DNA from: Vezdaea acicularis
Lineage: Eukaryota
Assembly: GCA_026025075.1 (NCBI GenBank)
Contig: JAPEUI010000063.1
Location: 1-64,000 of the forward strand
DNA: 64,000 bases
Reading direction: 5' to 3'
Under the pieces are notes generated by a model that was not told where the DNA came from, did not search any database, and saw nothing but the letters and a program-made list of their open reading frames with translations. The translations under genes were made by a program, and so were the position numbers. Every line of letters starts with the position of its first letter. Position 1 is the first letter of the stretch. Positions 13,342-25,344 of the stretch are shown here, piece after piece.

Positions 13342-15005
13342 TCAAGCCGTAACCACCAGCGTGACGAGCACCGTCGTCACCGCGTACGCTAGACTACTAC
13401 TCGAGCTGATGCCGAGCCCCTGTTGGGCCGAAGGGCTTGGTGCGGGGGAACCAACGCCGGACAAACTAGAAGAAGAGGACAAAGAAGACTGGGCCGCTGG
13501 CGTGGCCTCGGGACCTAAGACATGGTGAGTGGATGTATCTACAGATACCGTTCCGGCCTGGGGTGAGGAGGAAGTGACTTGGCCGGACGGCGAGGAGGAG
13601 GTGGAGGTGGAGGTGGAAGAAGTGAGAGTGGATGAGCCAGAGGATTGCGAACCTGATGCAGAAGGGGTGGGTGACGACGTGGAGGCGGCTGCGGATTTGG
13701 ACGACACGGCGCTGCCTTGTTTTGCGCCGAAGCCTGGTACGTGTTAGATTGAGTGTTTAGAGCAGTGGAGTGCAGATGCAGCTTACCGATTCGGTTCTGG
13801 TCGAAGTCAAAGACCGAGTAGACAGTTTTGAGGAAGTTGTCGCCGAGAAGCCATTGATCAGGTCCGAATGCCTGACGGCCAATGATCCTGAGAGCGCATA
13901 GCCCATCGGTCCCCTTCGGGCCCAAGTAGTCTATTGGGCCCAGGCCGTACGTTACACCATTGAAGGTGAACTGGATGGGGTCGGTGGCGGTGCATGAACA
14001 CTCAAAGTTTTCACCATCCTGTTTCAGTCCAGGAAGCTTCGAAAGCAGCTTATTGGCGTCATTGGGTGGCATGAAGATGATGGAAGTGCCCGTATCGATG
14101 ATTGCTTTCTTCCCGGTAAAACCGACTGAACTACCGCCGACACCGGCATCATCGACAGGTATTTCCCAGAGGGTGTCGCCGGTGGGAACTGAATTATAAT
14201 TGAGACTGCCGGTAAATAAGTCCGTGTTTACAGCTCCAAAATTGATCTGTCCGTTATTTGGTCCACCCGAGGCACGGAATAGATTGACGCCAAAGAGATT
14301 GCCCTTCAACTTCTTTGCTGATCCCAGCAATTGCATCACAGTTTGCGCCTGTGCCGCAGGTCCAGGTCTGCCCAGACCGAGTATACCATCCATCGGATAT
14401 CCGAGGAAGTCGTCTGATGCTATGCTGGCAGAACCGAAGGTCACGGAAAGGGTGAGTCCAGCGAAGGTGATATCGTCGGTAACAAGCGTGCCATTGACGC
14501 CTCCGGATCCATAAGAGACATTCCATGGCGTATTGGTCTGTTTCCAAGTCGTAGAATCGGAGGACCCGTACGTTCGATGGGCCAGACAGGATTTCGACCT
14601 GCAGTCAGATCCGAATACCCATGTATTCGGTGACCCGGTATCTATCAACATCCACATCTCCTTCCCCGATGATCCAAACTTGACAGTTGAGAAATAAGAA
14701 TAGTCTACACCATCGTTATCGACTGGCATACTATTACTAGCTGTGGGTTGCGCAGCTGGAACTTTGGTATATGAGCTGTCACGCTTCACCCGGCTGCCTC
14801 TCCTCATAATCGGAGGTGTCCCCCCATCACCTGTGGCATCGCCTGAACCTGGTGTGTATGGGTAGAAAGGGTCCCTCTTGACAGCAGCAGGAGCGAGGCC
14901 ACTTTCTACAGGTTGACTGTCGCTCGAGCTTGGGCTGTAGGGATAAAAGGCCGAAACCGAGGTGGCAAGAAGTGCGAGCGGGATGAGGCCATGGCGAATA
15001 TACAT
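13342..15005 (-). CDS. ctsD: Secreted, probably GPI-anchored A1 aspartic endopeptidase (CtsD-like)
   Basis: Signal peptide, two catalytic motifs (IDTGS, IDTGT), WLLGDNFLK..YSVFD; intron near 13735-13786; Ser/Thr-rich tail ending in hydrophobic LAYAVTTVLVTLVVTA. Confidence 0.88.
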
Positions 15006-17344
15006 ATTACGCTTTATAGTGCCGCTGAAAGCTTATGTAGAAGCTCGCAATTGGAGTGAAGGAAGATTCCTGCCACCGTTATTATGTATTGACTGTCGAC
15101 GGTCGTGAAATCGTGCAGGGTTGTAGCCAGGTTGATGGACCACTCAGTGGTAAAGCTGCACGACGTAGAGTGAGGTGAGGCAGAACAACGCGATCTGAAG
15201 ATGGACAGATATGTGAAATGGCTGTCAATTAGGGTGTAATGAGTTTGAAAAAACTCGATGGTCGATCTAATGCGATTGACGTGGAAAGATATGACCCTGC
15301 GCGCGCAATTCCAGTCAGTTGCTGCTCTTGGCACAATTAAAGCTTCTGGTGGACGTACGAGAATGCTTGCGAGTCCCAGACTCTGTTGAAGTGAAACTGC
15401 TACCCAGAGCAGGATTGTGATGCAAAAATGGGGATGTTGTCGCTTCAGTCACGACGCGGCAGCATCAGGAGTCGAGGGGCGGACAAAAGGACGGCGTCGA
15501 CACGATGCTATAAACAAAGAAAATCAAAGCGAGGGGACGAGATGTCAGTCTCAATGGCAGAGCTGGCGTAATGACCGGCCGGATGACGAGGAGAGGTGTT
15601 TGGGCGTAGAGGGAGGATAGGTGGTGAAGAAGGAGAGTGAGTGGTCGGAGGTTTCTCGTGATTGCAGCGGTAGCAGACGGCCAGGACGGTCGTCTCACCT
15701 CACGGGTTGGCTCGCAGGGAGCGGTCGCCGTCGTCCTGAGAGAATGAAACTAAGCGAGGGCGGCGGGCGAGCACAGGCGCAGAGATGCAGAGATGCAGGC
15801 ACACGCCCACTACGGTGCGGTAGTGCCGCCTAGCCCGTCGCGGCGTGTCGCAGGCCGCGGGCGGTTTGGGTCAGCGCCTTGGCGGCCCCGAGGGCCGATC
15901 GGGTGGAGTTCAGGGGCAAAGCGGCTGGTCCCTTGCATCAAAATCGCCAAAACTCCCTCCGTCATGCCACAAGTCATGCCCAGGTACCAGATGCCAGATG
16001 CAAGAAAAGACCCGCTTGGGAGAGTGAGCCTTTGCACGCCGAAGACACACCGCTGATATCAACCGTCTGCATTGGACAAGGAACGTGCCGCGCCGAGCGC
16101 TGCTCTCCCTCTACACCGTCCTCCACTGTACACGTACCAGGCATGCTCGAGCCTCAGAAAGCTCCACCAGCTCTCTGACACGACGAGCGCATGTCCGCCG
16201 CCTGGTCCTGCCTATCTATCGGTCTGTCGTTGCCGCCATACTTTCGCTAATGAAGGGCTCTCACGTGGGGTCCATTAATGCCCCCGACTGCACGTCATCA
16301 GGGTGGGAAAGACCTCGGCGGTGATCGTGCAGCTCCCACGATGCGGCATTTCCCACTGGACGAACAGTGGCTTGGAGATTGACCGAGGGTCACCGGTCCT
16401 GCTCCCCAGTCGGTTGCGAGACGACGCCTTCGCGCAAGGTTGGGGAGACCACCAAAGATCGAGCGCAACGAAGAGCAGGAGGCCAGCGTCTAAGCTGCTC
16501 GGTCGACGCTGGTCCGAACGGTAGGAAGTAAAGTCTGTGGCTCCACGAATTCTCCGAAGCGCAGAGCTTGCGGCGAGCTCATGCGTCTATGCCGAAAGGA
16601 AACAACGATTTGCATCGTCGCAAATTGGCTGTTCCCACCCCCCGGTCGCTGCCATAGCGGCTGTTCTCCGCTGGCGGTTCTCTAACAGCCTTGGCAGCAG
16701 CGGCCCCCTTCACACGCTTTCGGTCCTGTCGCCTTGCGTTCTGATCAAACTCCTCCCCTTCCTCCTGCGCCGGCCCAGGCCATCTCCGCTCGCAAATCTG
16801 TTTCAGCGGTCGGTGCGTGATGGGAGCTCCGTTGAGCCTCTATATCTGGTTGGCCGAGCGTCTGAGTCGTGTTTGAGCCTTAGGACGAACCGTCGATGAT
16901 TGCAGGCGTACCTGCGCGGTATTCTGTAGCAGCTCGCCGTCTTGAGCGATACTCCGCGAATACCACTTGGCTTGCACGGTCGATGTTTGAGGTCGTCTTA
17001 ATTTAATCGCGAAATGCCTTGGTGTTCGTACTGTCGGCGGGAGTCTAGAAATGAGAAAGGCACACAGCCAGGTACCATTTTCCTCCACGCCTGATTACAA
17101 GTTAAAGTGTGTCGCAAGATTGCACGTGCTCGACCACTCTTGAGAAGCATGTGACAGCCTTGATGCCGCTTCGCCCATCAAGAGGAAGGACTCAGACGCT
17201 TCTTAGTCAACAGCATATCTTCCGTCGGATACACGGAATTGAGTCAAGGACACAGCACTCCCCCCCTTCAACTGTTCGTATCATATCACGTGGTGGTGGC
17301 TCGGTGCTCGTCTCCACCTTTTGCCCCGGGCTATAGCAAACGAG

Positions 17345-17379
17345 CGAAGCTGTGGACAAAATTGATGGCGCATAAGCGA
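17345..17379 (+). repeat. Left terminal inverted repeat of the transposon
   Basis: Exact reverse complement of 18497-18531. Confidence 0.95.
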
Positions 17380-17383
17380 GCGA

Positions 17384-18475
17384 TCAGTATGGCGTTTGGA
17401 GCCCCTTGCGATCAACGACTGCGATAATGCGATCGCGCATGCTGGATATGTAGGAGTTGATTTCTTCGTGTGTGATGTTATCCCATTCCTCTTCAATAGC
17501 CCTGCGCAATTTGTTAGGGTCTGTGCATTTGCGCTTTTTGACTCGCTGTTTGAGTATACGCCACACATTTTCAATAGGGCTAAGATCTGGTGATTGAGGG
17601 GGCCAAGGCTGCAATAGAGGAATATTATGATCCATTTTCCACTTATAATTGTTGTTCTGATGTGTGAGAGTCCCATGTGAAGGGTCATTATCTTCTTGTA
17701 GTATGTAGTCTTCATAGCCAGATTCACGAGCAGCAGCCCAAGCCGGGCCCACAAACCCATCCAAGACAAATTTTTGATAGTCTTCTTGGGTAAATCCTCC
17801 TCTTTTCCCAGTACCTCCATAGAAAATAAGGGGAGTTTTGAGGTTCCAGCCCACTCCTCCCCAAACAGACCAAAGAACTTTGGTTTGAGGCCGGCGGATT
17901 TGTATGCAGTCGTTACAGTATCGCTCTTCAGAATTCCGGATCACTAACTGAGATCTTCGTTGATTAAGGGCAAAATGGGCTTCATCTGTGAATACAACCC
18001 GATGCCATTGTTCATCAGTCCATTCCAAGTGATTTAAGCCAAATTCTTCTCTTTTTTTCTGATTATTGGGTGATATATACCCCTTTTGACAAGCTTTGCA
18101 CTTATGATATCCCTCTTTTGAAAATGCCCGCTGCAAAGTCCTGTCACTTATATCCAATTTCCATTCCTCTATTAATTCATTCCAAGATTTTATACGCTCA
18201 TTATAATGCCCTTGCATTGCACTAATCATCTTATGTACTGTGTCACGATCAATTTTGTGTTTTCGGCCTCGTGTGGATCTTCTTGTTCGTGGGGTGGGCA
18301 TTTTTACCCATCGGCGTACATTGCTCTCGGCAGTATCAAGATCACCAGCAATTTCATAATTGCTCTTCTTGGTATGAGCTCGGGAGTACTGTGCCTTCGC
18401 TCTCTTTGGAGTATCGTGCTCTGGGCCATGCCCGCGGCCTTGGGGGGGCGTTTGGTGCGTTCGAGCCCGAGGCAT
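17384..18475 (-). CDS. Tc1-like DDE transposase (363 aa, DD39E)
   Basis: N-terminal HTH (YEIAGDLDTAESNVRRW, GRKHKID), VVFTDEAHF, LQEDNDPSHG, WPPQSPDLSPIENVW; no stops or frameshifts. Confidence 0.95.
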   Translation of the reverse strand: MPRARTHQTPPQGRGHGPEHDTPKRAKAQYSRAHTKKSNYEIAGDLDTAESNVRRWVKMPTPRTRRSTRGRKHKIDRDTVHKMISAMQGHYNERIKSWNELIEEWKLDISDRTLQRAFSKEGYHKCKACQKGYISPNNQKKREEFGLNHLEWTDEQWHRVVFTDEAHFALNQRRSQLVIRNSEERYCNDCIQIRRPQTKVLWSVWGGVGWNLKTPLIFYGGTGKRGGFTQEDYQKFVLDGFVGPAWAAARESGYEDYILQEDNDPSHGTLTHQNNNYKWKMDHNIPLLQPWPPQSPDLSPIENVWRILKQRVKKRKCTDPNKLRRAIEEEWDNITHEEINSYISSMRDRIIAVVDRKGLQTPY

Positions 18476-18496
18476 TTTGTGTTGTGTGGGGGAAAA

Positions 18497-18531
18497 TCGC
18501 TTATGCGCCATCAATTTTGTCCACAGCTTCG
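18497..18531 (-). repeat. Right terminal inverted repeat of the transposon
   Basis: Exact reverse complement of 17345-17379. Confidence 0.95.
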
Positions 18532-18815
18532 GAGGGGTTTTAGCGCGGCCGTCGATCATTGGCGTGCCACCCGGCCGCATGCAGTCTTAGCGAATAGTTG
18601 AGAGGCTTCAAAGACGCTGTTGAGCTCACTAAGAGCACAGCATCTTCGCCCCGGCATGGGCGGGGTTGCATCGCTCTTAAGAAGCGGTAAGATGCCGGAA
18701 CGGAATAGCTCTCTGTGACGTCCGCCTCTCCATCCTCCGTGTTCATCAGAGATAGTAGTCCCTCTCATCAGTGACAGTGTCCTGCTGTGCGAAGCTTGTT
18801 GAGTTTCGAGACGCT

Positions 18816-19543
18816 ATGGCTTCACCCCGCATTTTGAACGTCGCTACCAGAAGCCTGTCCCGGTGTCGCGCCCCGCACCCAATTTGCAACCCATTTCGAA
18901 GCCGAAATCCCTTATCCTCACCAATTGTGGTATGGAGTGAGGCGAGTTTAGACAATGGGTGCAGGCAATTTAAGGTTTGTTATCCTTCAGGCCGGTAGAG
19001 CCGTGAGATATTCCCTAGGGCGGGTGCTCACGAGGCTTTGATCAGCCAGTCTATAGCACCGAGCGCCGTTACTCCGTGCAGCATTCGAGTCGTCCGAGGG
19101 CTCCTTATACATCTTTGAAGCTGTCCCGCCATCTCAATACTACACAGTCTCTTAAAGCTGTGAAGGACAGCTCGACGATAGACTTCGCATATTTCCCTCA
19201 AACCCACGAACCTCCTGCACGTGAAGAATGGATCAAGGTCCCCTTCCTTCCCGACAATTATTTGCCGGTACGGAGTGTGGGTACCCGTGAAGCTGCTGAC
19301 GTAGACGTTATGCGACCTGAGATCTCCTTGGTGTCTCATTCTTCGACACATATCGATGCTCCAGCATCAATGCAGGAGGTCCTCGACAACGGTGCGATGC
19401 CGGTGAATCCTTACGATTTGACCAAGACGGTTAGCAACGCGGCCAACAAGTTTGTTGAAAAGGTCGAGAAGGGACCGATTAAGGAAGTGTGGAACGACTT
19501 TCTGGACGATGTGTTTGGGCCTAAAAGTCCTAAAATGGCCTAA
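18816..19543 (+). CDS. Conserved fungal hypothetical protein, possibly mitochondrial (5' exon inferred)
   Basis: Presequence-like MASPRILNVATRSLSR exon; main exon RHLNTT..DSSTIDFAYFP..IKVPFLPDNY..VWNDFLDDVFG. Confidence 0.65.
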
Positions 19544-19701
19544 GGCAGCCATCTGTTGATTTGAAAGTATGAGACCGTGGTTGGGAACGTTTAGGGTTCT
19601 AAGGCAGAGCCCAAGGCCCTTTTTTCGTCTTCGAATTGTATACTTTCCTTCACGGATGTAATTCCGCTGTATTTTTATGCTTTAAGACCGAAAGACAGTC
19701 T

Positions 19702-20456
19702 TCACCGCCTAACAGGTAGACTGGTGTCATCTTCAATGCTTTCGTTATTCACTCTCTTCATCTCACTTTGCTGAAAGCTGTTTCCACCTGCAAGCTTGGA
19801 CTCCCTATACTGATCTTGGCTTAATTTCTCACCAATAATTCTTTCGATGACCTTAATTTTTGCTTCAGCACGCTTGAAGCGATCATCAAATTCAGCCACT
19901 GCTTCTTCCGTGTTCTCCTTAGAGAGACTTTTAGTCTCAACGAAGGCGTACAGCGCCTCAATGTGCTTCTTCAATCGAGCGTGGTTAAGTAAGTTGGGCA
20001 GGACAAGCTCTGGAACCTGAGCCTTAGAATTCACAATGTCATCTCCCCCGACTGTGTGGAGAGATCGTGGAAGTCGTGACGCCAGAACTAATGATTGTCC
20101 TTGCAAACATGCCATTGCAAAGAATTTCTCGAACCCTTTTTCGAGTCCGAAGATTCTGCCTTCAAGACGGCCGGCAGGGGCTGCGTCTGCTGCTCCTAGG
20201 TCATGACCTTCGCTGTAGAATCTATGCACACAATAAGACTTCTTGCCCCCCAAAAAGTCGCAAGGCACCACATAAGGAAAGGAAGGTTTGCTAGGTAATT
20301 GTGACAACAACAAAATTGAGAATTTAGGGTAGCCATGCGGGGCATCGACTTAATATCTACATAGGAAAATATGAAACAATACTTCACGTACTGTTCTTCG
20401 AGATTTAACACACTCTCGAAGGGATCGAGTTCACAATTAGTCCGTGCTTCTGCCAT
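19702..20456 (-). CDS. LTO1: Lto1/ORAOV1-family protein (Yae1_N deca-GX3 motif)
   Basis: DPFESVLNLEEQ|FYSEGHDLGAADAAPAGRLEGRIFGLEKGFEKF across one intron. Confidence 0.8.
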
Positions 20457-20899
20457 ACTAGTCTATTCTGTTTCTAGAACAGGACTTTGAAAGAAATATA
20501 AACTTGCGGGGTCTAACGTGTTGATGTTGTATTTGCTAGGACCACGAACTCGCCTCCAAAATGAGTCAACATCAAGGTGGTGTTCAAAAGTCTCGCATAC
20601 GCATCGTAATCGGCCGCCTGCGGAACCCTATTAAAGCACCAGAAGTAGTCGAAATTCTTCAGAACTCTGACCTAACACACTGCAACTGCTCTTCAATGTA
20701 TACAGTGATTTACAAGTAGATCTAATTCTACATGGTGCCGCTCCACTCTCCTCAACATCGTCCAATTTTAGTAGGGTGACCTCGCTTCGCCTGTTTGCGT
20801 ATTCGAGACTTTTGAACACCGCCACGCATAGACGATCTTAGAACGTGGTGGGGCTACCGAACTTCATAGACCCCTCCCGCCACCAAAGCATACAGCACA

Positions 20900-22849
20900 A
20901 TGGACTTCTCAAAGCACAGAAAAATCCGGGAAGGGATCGAAGTCATTATACCAAGAGACAAAATATTACCACAGGAGGGAAAGACAAATGTTTTAATTAC
21001 TAGCGCCTTACCTTATGTGAATAACGTGCCCCACCTTGGCAATATCGTGGGGAGCGTCTTAAGTGCGGACGTTTTTTCTCGATACAATAAGGTTCGGAAT
21101 AGACCCACCTTATTTGTCTGTGGAACGGACGAGTATGGTACAGCAACAGAAACAAAGGCCCTCGAGGACGGTGTAACCCCTCGCGAGCTATGCGATAAAT
21201 ACAATGCTCTTCACGCCGAGATCTACAGATGGTTTGATATTGGCTTTGACCACTTCGGACGCACAAGCACGCAACAACAAACGGACATCGCACAGGATAT
21301 ATTTCTCAAGCTACATAAGAATGGGTATCTAGAAGAAAAAACGACAATTCAGCCATATTGCGAGAAGCATTCTTCCTTCCTTGCAGATCGATATGTTGAA
21401 GGAGAATGCCCCAATTGCCATTATAACGACGCCCGTGGCGATCAGTGCGACAAATGCGGGAAACTCCTAGACCCCCTCGAGCTCATCAATCCCAAATGCA
21501 AGCTTGATGGCGCTACTCCAGTACCCCGAGAGACAAAGCACATTCACATACTGCTCGATAAACTTCAACCTGCCATAGAAGAATGGTCCAACAAATCAAT
21601 TGAAGAAGGAGCATGGTCAAGGAATGGGAGAATCATAACGGAGTCATGGCTAAAGGAGGGTCTAAAAGACAGAGGGATTACAAGAGATCTGAAGTGGGGC
21701 ACACCTGTGCCTCTACCTGGGTACGAGAATAAGGTGCTCTATGTATGGTTTGATGCCTGTATTGGATACGTGTCAATCACGGCAAGTTACACCGAAGACT
21801 GGGAGAAATGGTGGCGGGATCCAGAACATGTGAAGCTTTATCAATTCATGGGCAAGGATAACGTCCCTTTCCACGCAGTCATCTTCCCTGGCTCGCAAAT
21901 CGGCACTGGGGACAAATGGACCATGCTCAACCACCTATCTACGACGGAGTACCTCAATTACGAAAATGGAAAATTCTCTAAGTCTCGCGGCGTTGGTGTC
22001 TTTGGAAATAATGCTCGGGACACTGGGGTGCCTCCTGCAGTCTGGCGATACTACCTTCTTTCGTCCCGGCCAGAAACCGCAGACTCTCAATTTGAATGGC
22101 GCTCTTTCATCCTAAAGAACAACTCCGAGCTCTTGGCAAATTTAGGCAACTTCGTAAACCGCCTCATTAAATTCGTCAACGCGAAGTATAAGTCCACTGT
22201 ACCTGATTACTATGCCCAATATGCGGATCCCCACTTCGACACGTTCAAGAAAGATATTAACAATCTTCTCAAGGAGTACGTCGAGGATCTTGAAGCTGTT
22301 CGCCTCCGTTCTGGCCTCGAAAAGGCCATGGCTATCTCGGCGAGAGGAAACCAGTTTCTGCAAGACAACAAACTCGACAACAACCTACTCTTGACACAGC
22401 CCGAACGCACTGCCGCTGTCGTAGGCCTAGGACTGAACCTCATCTATCTCATCTCTGCTCTCGTATACCCTTATATGCCCTCAACGTCACTCTCCATTAT
22501 AGAACAACTCAACGCGCCGCAACGAGTAATTCCAGATAAATGGGACGCTGAGGATTTACTACCTGGACATGCCATCGGTAAGGCCGCCTATCTGTTCAAA
22601 ATCATCGATGCAAAGAAGGAAGAGGAGTGGAGAGGACTGTTCGGCGGAACGCAAGCAGAGAGACTAAAGAAAGAAGATGAAGCCAAAAAGAAGGCCAAGA
22701 AGAAGGGTAAGAAAGATTCGAAAAAGGGCGGCACTGCTCTGCCTATACGGGAGAAGGGCGGTATAAAATCAGTTGCAGAGAAACTGGTTCCGGTTCCGGT
22801 TTCGACTCTTGCTCCGGCTCCTGATACTACTCCCGCTAAGTCGGTGTAG
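20900..22849 (+). CDS. MES1: Cytoplasmic methionyl-tRNA synthetase
   Basis: ITSALPYVNNVPHLGN (HIGH), GTDEYGT, zinc knuckle, YVWFDA, GKDNVPFH, KFSKS; intronless 649 aa. Confidence 0.97.
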   Translation: MDFSKHRKIREGIEVIIPRDKILPQEGKTNVLITSALPYVNNVPHLGNIVGSVLSADVFSRYNKVRNRPTLFVCGTDEYGTATETKALEDGVTPRELCDKYNALHAEIYRWFDIGFDHFGRTSTQQQTDIAQDIFLKLHKNGYLEEKTTIQPYCEKHSSFLADRYVEGECPNCHYNDARGDQCDKCGKLLDPLELINPKCKLDGATPVPRETKHIHILLDKLQPAIEEWSNKSIEEGAWSRNGRIITESWLKEGLKDRGITRDLKWGTPVPLPGYENKVLYVWFDACIGYVSITASYTEDWEKWWRDPEHVKLYQFMGKDNVPFHAVIFPGSQIGTGDKWTMLNHLSTTEYLNYENGKFSKSRGVGVFGNNARDTGVPPAVWRYYLLSSRPETADSQFEWRSFILKNNSELLANLGNFVNRLIKFVNAKYKSTVPDYYAQYADPHFDTFKKDINNLLKEYVEDLEAVRLRSGLEKAMAISARGNQFLQDNKLDNNLLLTQPERTAAVVGLGLNLIYLISALVYPYMPSTSLSIIEQLNAPQRVIPDKWDAEDLLPGHAIGKAAYLFKIIDAKKEEEWRGLFGGTQAERLKKEDEAKKKAKKKGKKDSKKGGTALPIREKGGIKSVAEKLVPVPVSTLAPAPDTTPAKSV

Positions 22850-23368
22850 ACTTGATACTTGTCTCTTACTTCATGAGGATATGGCGCTGGTTCACAAGGC
22901 TCTGGGGTTCTCTTGAGTGTGTTAACGTAGATTAGAACTTGAATGCAGTCCACGATCTAATAATTTCCATGATACTGAAGTCCGCTTGGCCCCGTGCAGA
23001 CCCCCTTGAGTACGACGATGATATTGTGGGCTTGCGCACTGAAATTGAGCGGAATCCCTGACACACTATGGTACTATGTCAACTAGTTGATATATTCTTT
23101 CCTCTCCCCCGTCTTGAACCGGACTCTTCGAGGGGCTGCTGCCATTTGGAGATAGTAGTTGTTTAAGTGGATCGAAAGAGGAGGAACACTGTTTTCGCCG
23201 TCTCTAGGGCTGATACGGCATTCGAATCAACCGACAAGTACCAGGCTTGAATATTGCATGCAGAGTGTCAAGTCCACAGGTTGAATAAGGAGTACAGTAG
23301 TCACGTAAGTCAGGATAACATTGTGAGTTCACTTGTTACTATAGTATGTAAACCAAAGGTCATATCCC

Positions 23369-24804
23369 CTATAGCTTCGCCTTCTTGGCTATCAAGGAGC
23401 TCGAGTTTGGCAGACTCTCGATAAATGTCTTGTCAATCTGGCCTACGTTCTGAATGCCAGCGCAGTTCATCAAGATATCAAAGTCAGCCAACAAACTCTT
23501 CATGACGTGCCGCACGCCGTGCTCTCCCATGATACTCAATCCCCAAATCCATAGCCTACCGACGAAGACGAACTTCGCGCCCAGGGCGAGCGCCTTTACG
23601 ACGTCTGCGGCACCTCTCACGCCCGAGTCAAACATGATATAAGTCTTGTTGCCTACGGCTTCGACGATCTTCTCGAGCGCATCGAGCGAGGCTATAGCGC
23701 CGTCGACCTGGCGACCTGCATGGTTGGAGACGACGATGCCCTTGCAGCCGAGCTCCACGGCTTTCTCGGCATCGAGGACGGATTGGATGCCCTTCAGCAC
23801 GAAGGGGCGGCCGCCCGAGATCTTTTTCCAGGTCTCAATAAGCCACGGCATCTTCTCCCAGCTCCACGCCCGGCCATGCCAGACGTTATCGATCCACATA
23901 GCTCCCGCTTCTTGTGGCTGCTTCTCTGGATCAATGCCAGCCTCTGCAAGCCTCTTCTGAAAGACTGGATCAGTGAGCCCGAGATCAGCACCAATGCCTC
24001 TGTAGAAAGCGTAGTTGGATGTAGAGATGTCCTGGTGACGCCAGCCGAGTTGCCAGGTATCCAGCGTAAGCATGCAGACGTCGAAGCCAGAGTCCCACGC
24101 TCTCTGAAGAAGCGAGACGGTCAATTCATCATCATGCGGCATATACAGCTGGTAGAATCTTGGGCCGTGGCCGTTTGCCTTGCCCACGGCTTCGATGGGG
24201 GACGATCCGGCGGTTGATAGGCAGTAGGGCAGGTTAAGCTCCCCAGCAACCTTTGCAACGGGGAGCTCGCCTAGGGGGTGATAGATCTTATTGATGCCGA
24301 TGGGGGCGAATCCAATAGGCGCGGAAACCTTATGACCGAAGATTGAGGTGGTCGTGGAGCGCTCGTTAGTGTCTACTAACATTCGGGGGATGATGCGGTG
24401 TCGATAGAAGGATTGGCGGTTGGCTAGGTGCGTCCAGGAATGACCAGCATTCGAGGATGCGTAGTACCTTGATGCCCGAAGTTACTCGACATGTTATTTA
24501 TGTACATTATATGTGTTGGTGTCGAACTCGACTCCTCGTCGACTTATTATGAAATTGCATACCAGCCATTTTGAGTAAGTTTCTTTTTGGCAAGTTCTTC
24601 GAGTTTGCCGGGATCTTTGGGATGCTAGTTAGAAAGAATGCCCTAGGACTTGGTGTAGAGATTTTGATTATAAATTAATGTGACCTTACCTGTATTGAAT
24701 GGCGGAACTATGCCGTCATTCTGCTTCCAGAAGTTTTCGCGCTGGTAGAGACCCCATGACGGAGTATCTCTCTTCGCGATACCTGGAGCTTCGGGATCAG
24801 ACAT
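23369..24804 (-). CDS. FMN-dependent alpha-hydroxy acid dehydrogenase/oxidase (lactate 2-monooxygenase-like)
   Basis: Exons MSDPEAPG..., DPGKLEELAKKKL, W|YYASSNAG; main exon APIGINK, LKGI, VVSNHAGRQVDG, FDSGVRG, GR. Confidence 0.9.
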
Positions 24805-25344
24805 CACTCAACGATTAAACCTGAAAGGCTTTGAACGGTGAATTGTACTAGAGATTGAACGTTCTTGCAGCTTCATAGATTTCTATGGTTAGATCCATTA
24901 TGATCACTTCATCCTCCGCCGTCTGCAGCTATTTCTGATGACCTCACTCCTACCTTTCGGCAATGCATCCGAGAAGTCGACAACCTTGCTAGCATCAGGT
25001 GTGAAGACTTTCAATCAATGCGGGAAGACTGCCGTTGCGATTAGTGCCGAGTCTGCAAGTAGATCATGTTAGCTTTGAGATGATCCAAGGTTGAGGATCA
25101 AAGTGCCTTGCCTAATGTCGAATGAGTCATCCCACATAACCAAGTACACAAAGGGCCCGCGAATTAAGAACTCATGCTTGCTGATGGAGCTGACAACTGA
25201 AGCCTACATGACTGTAAATCCTCTATTCTCTAGACTAGGGTTAGGAGTCCACCTGGACAGTATTGGTGTCTCTAAACATGCAAATCTGCTGTAATCGTTC
25301 AAACTCCCCTGATCGCGGCTACGTGGATGTGGGGGAAGAGGCGG

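Larger units (their letters stand above)
17345..18531 (-). mobile_element. IS630-Tc1-mariner DNA transposon, full length (1187 bp)
   Basis: Perfect 35-bp inverted repeats CGAAGCTGTGGACAAAATTGATGGCGCATAAGCGA at 17345-17379 and 18497-18531 enclosing an intact transposase. Confidence 0.95.

Noticed and set aside
15417..17340. Many overlapping 60-120 aa ORFs upstream of the aspartic protease
   Set aside because: GC-rich intergenic/5' UTR DNA with no recognisable motifs; no telomerase-like template or tRNA seen
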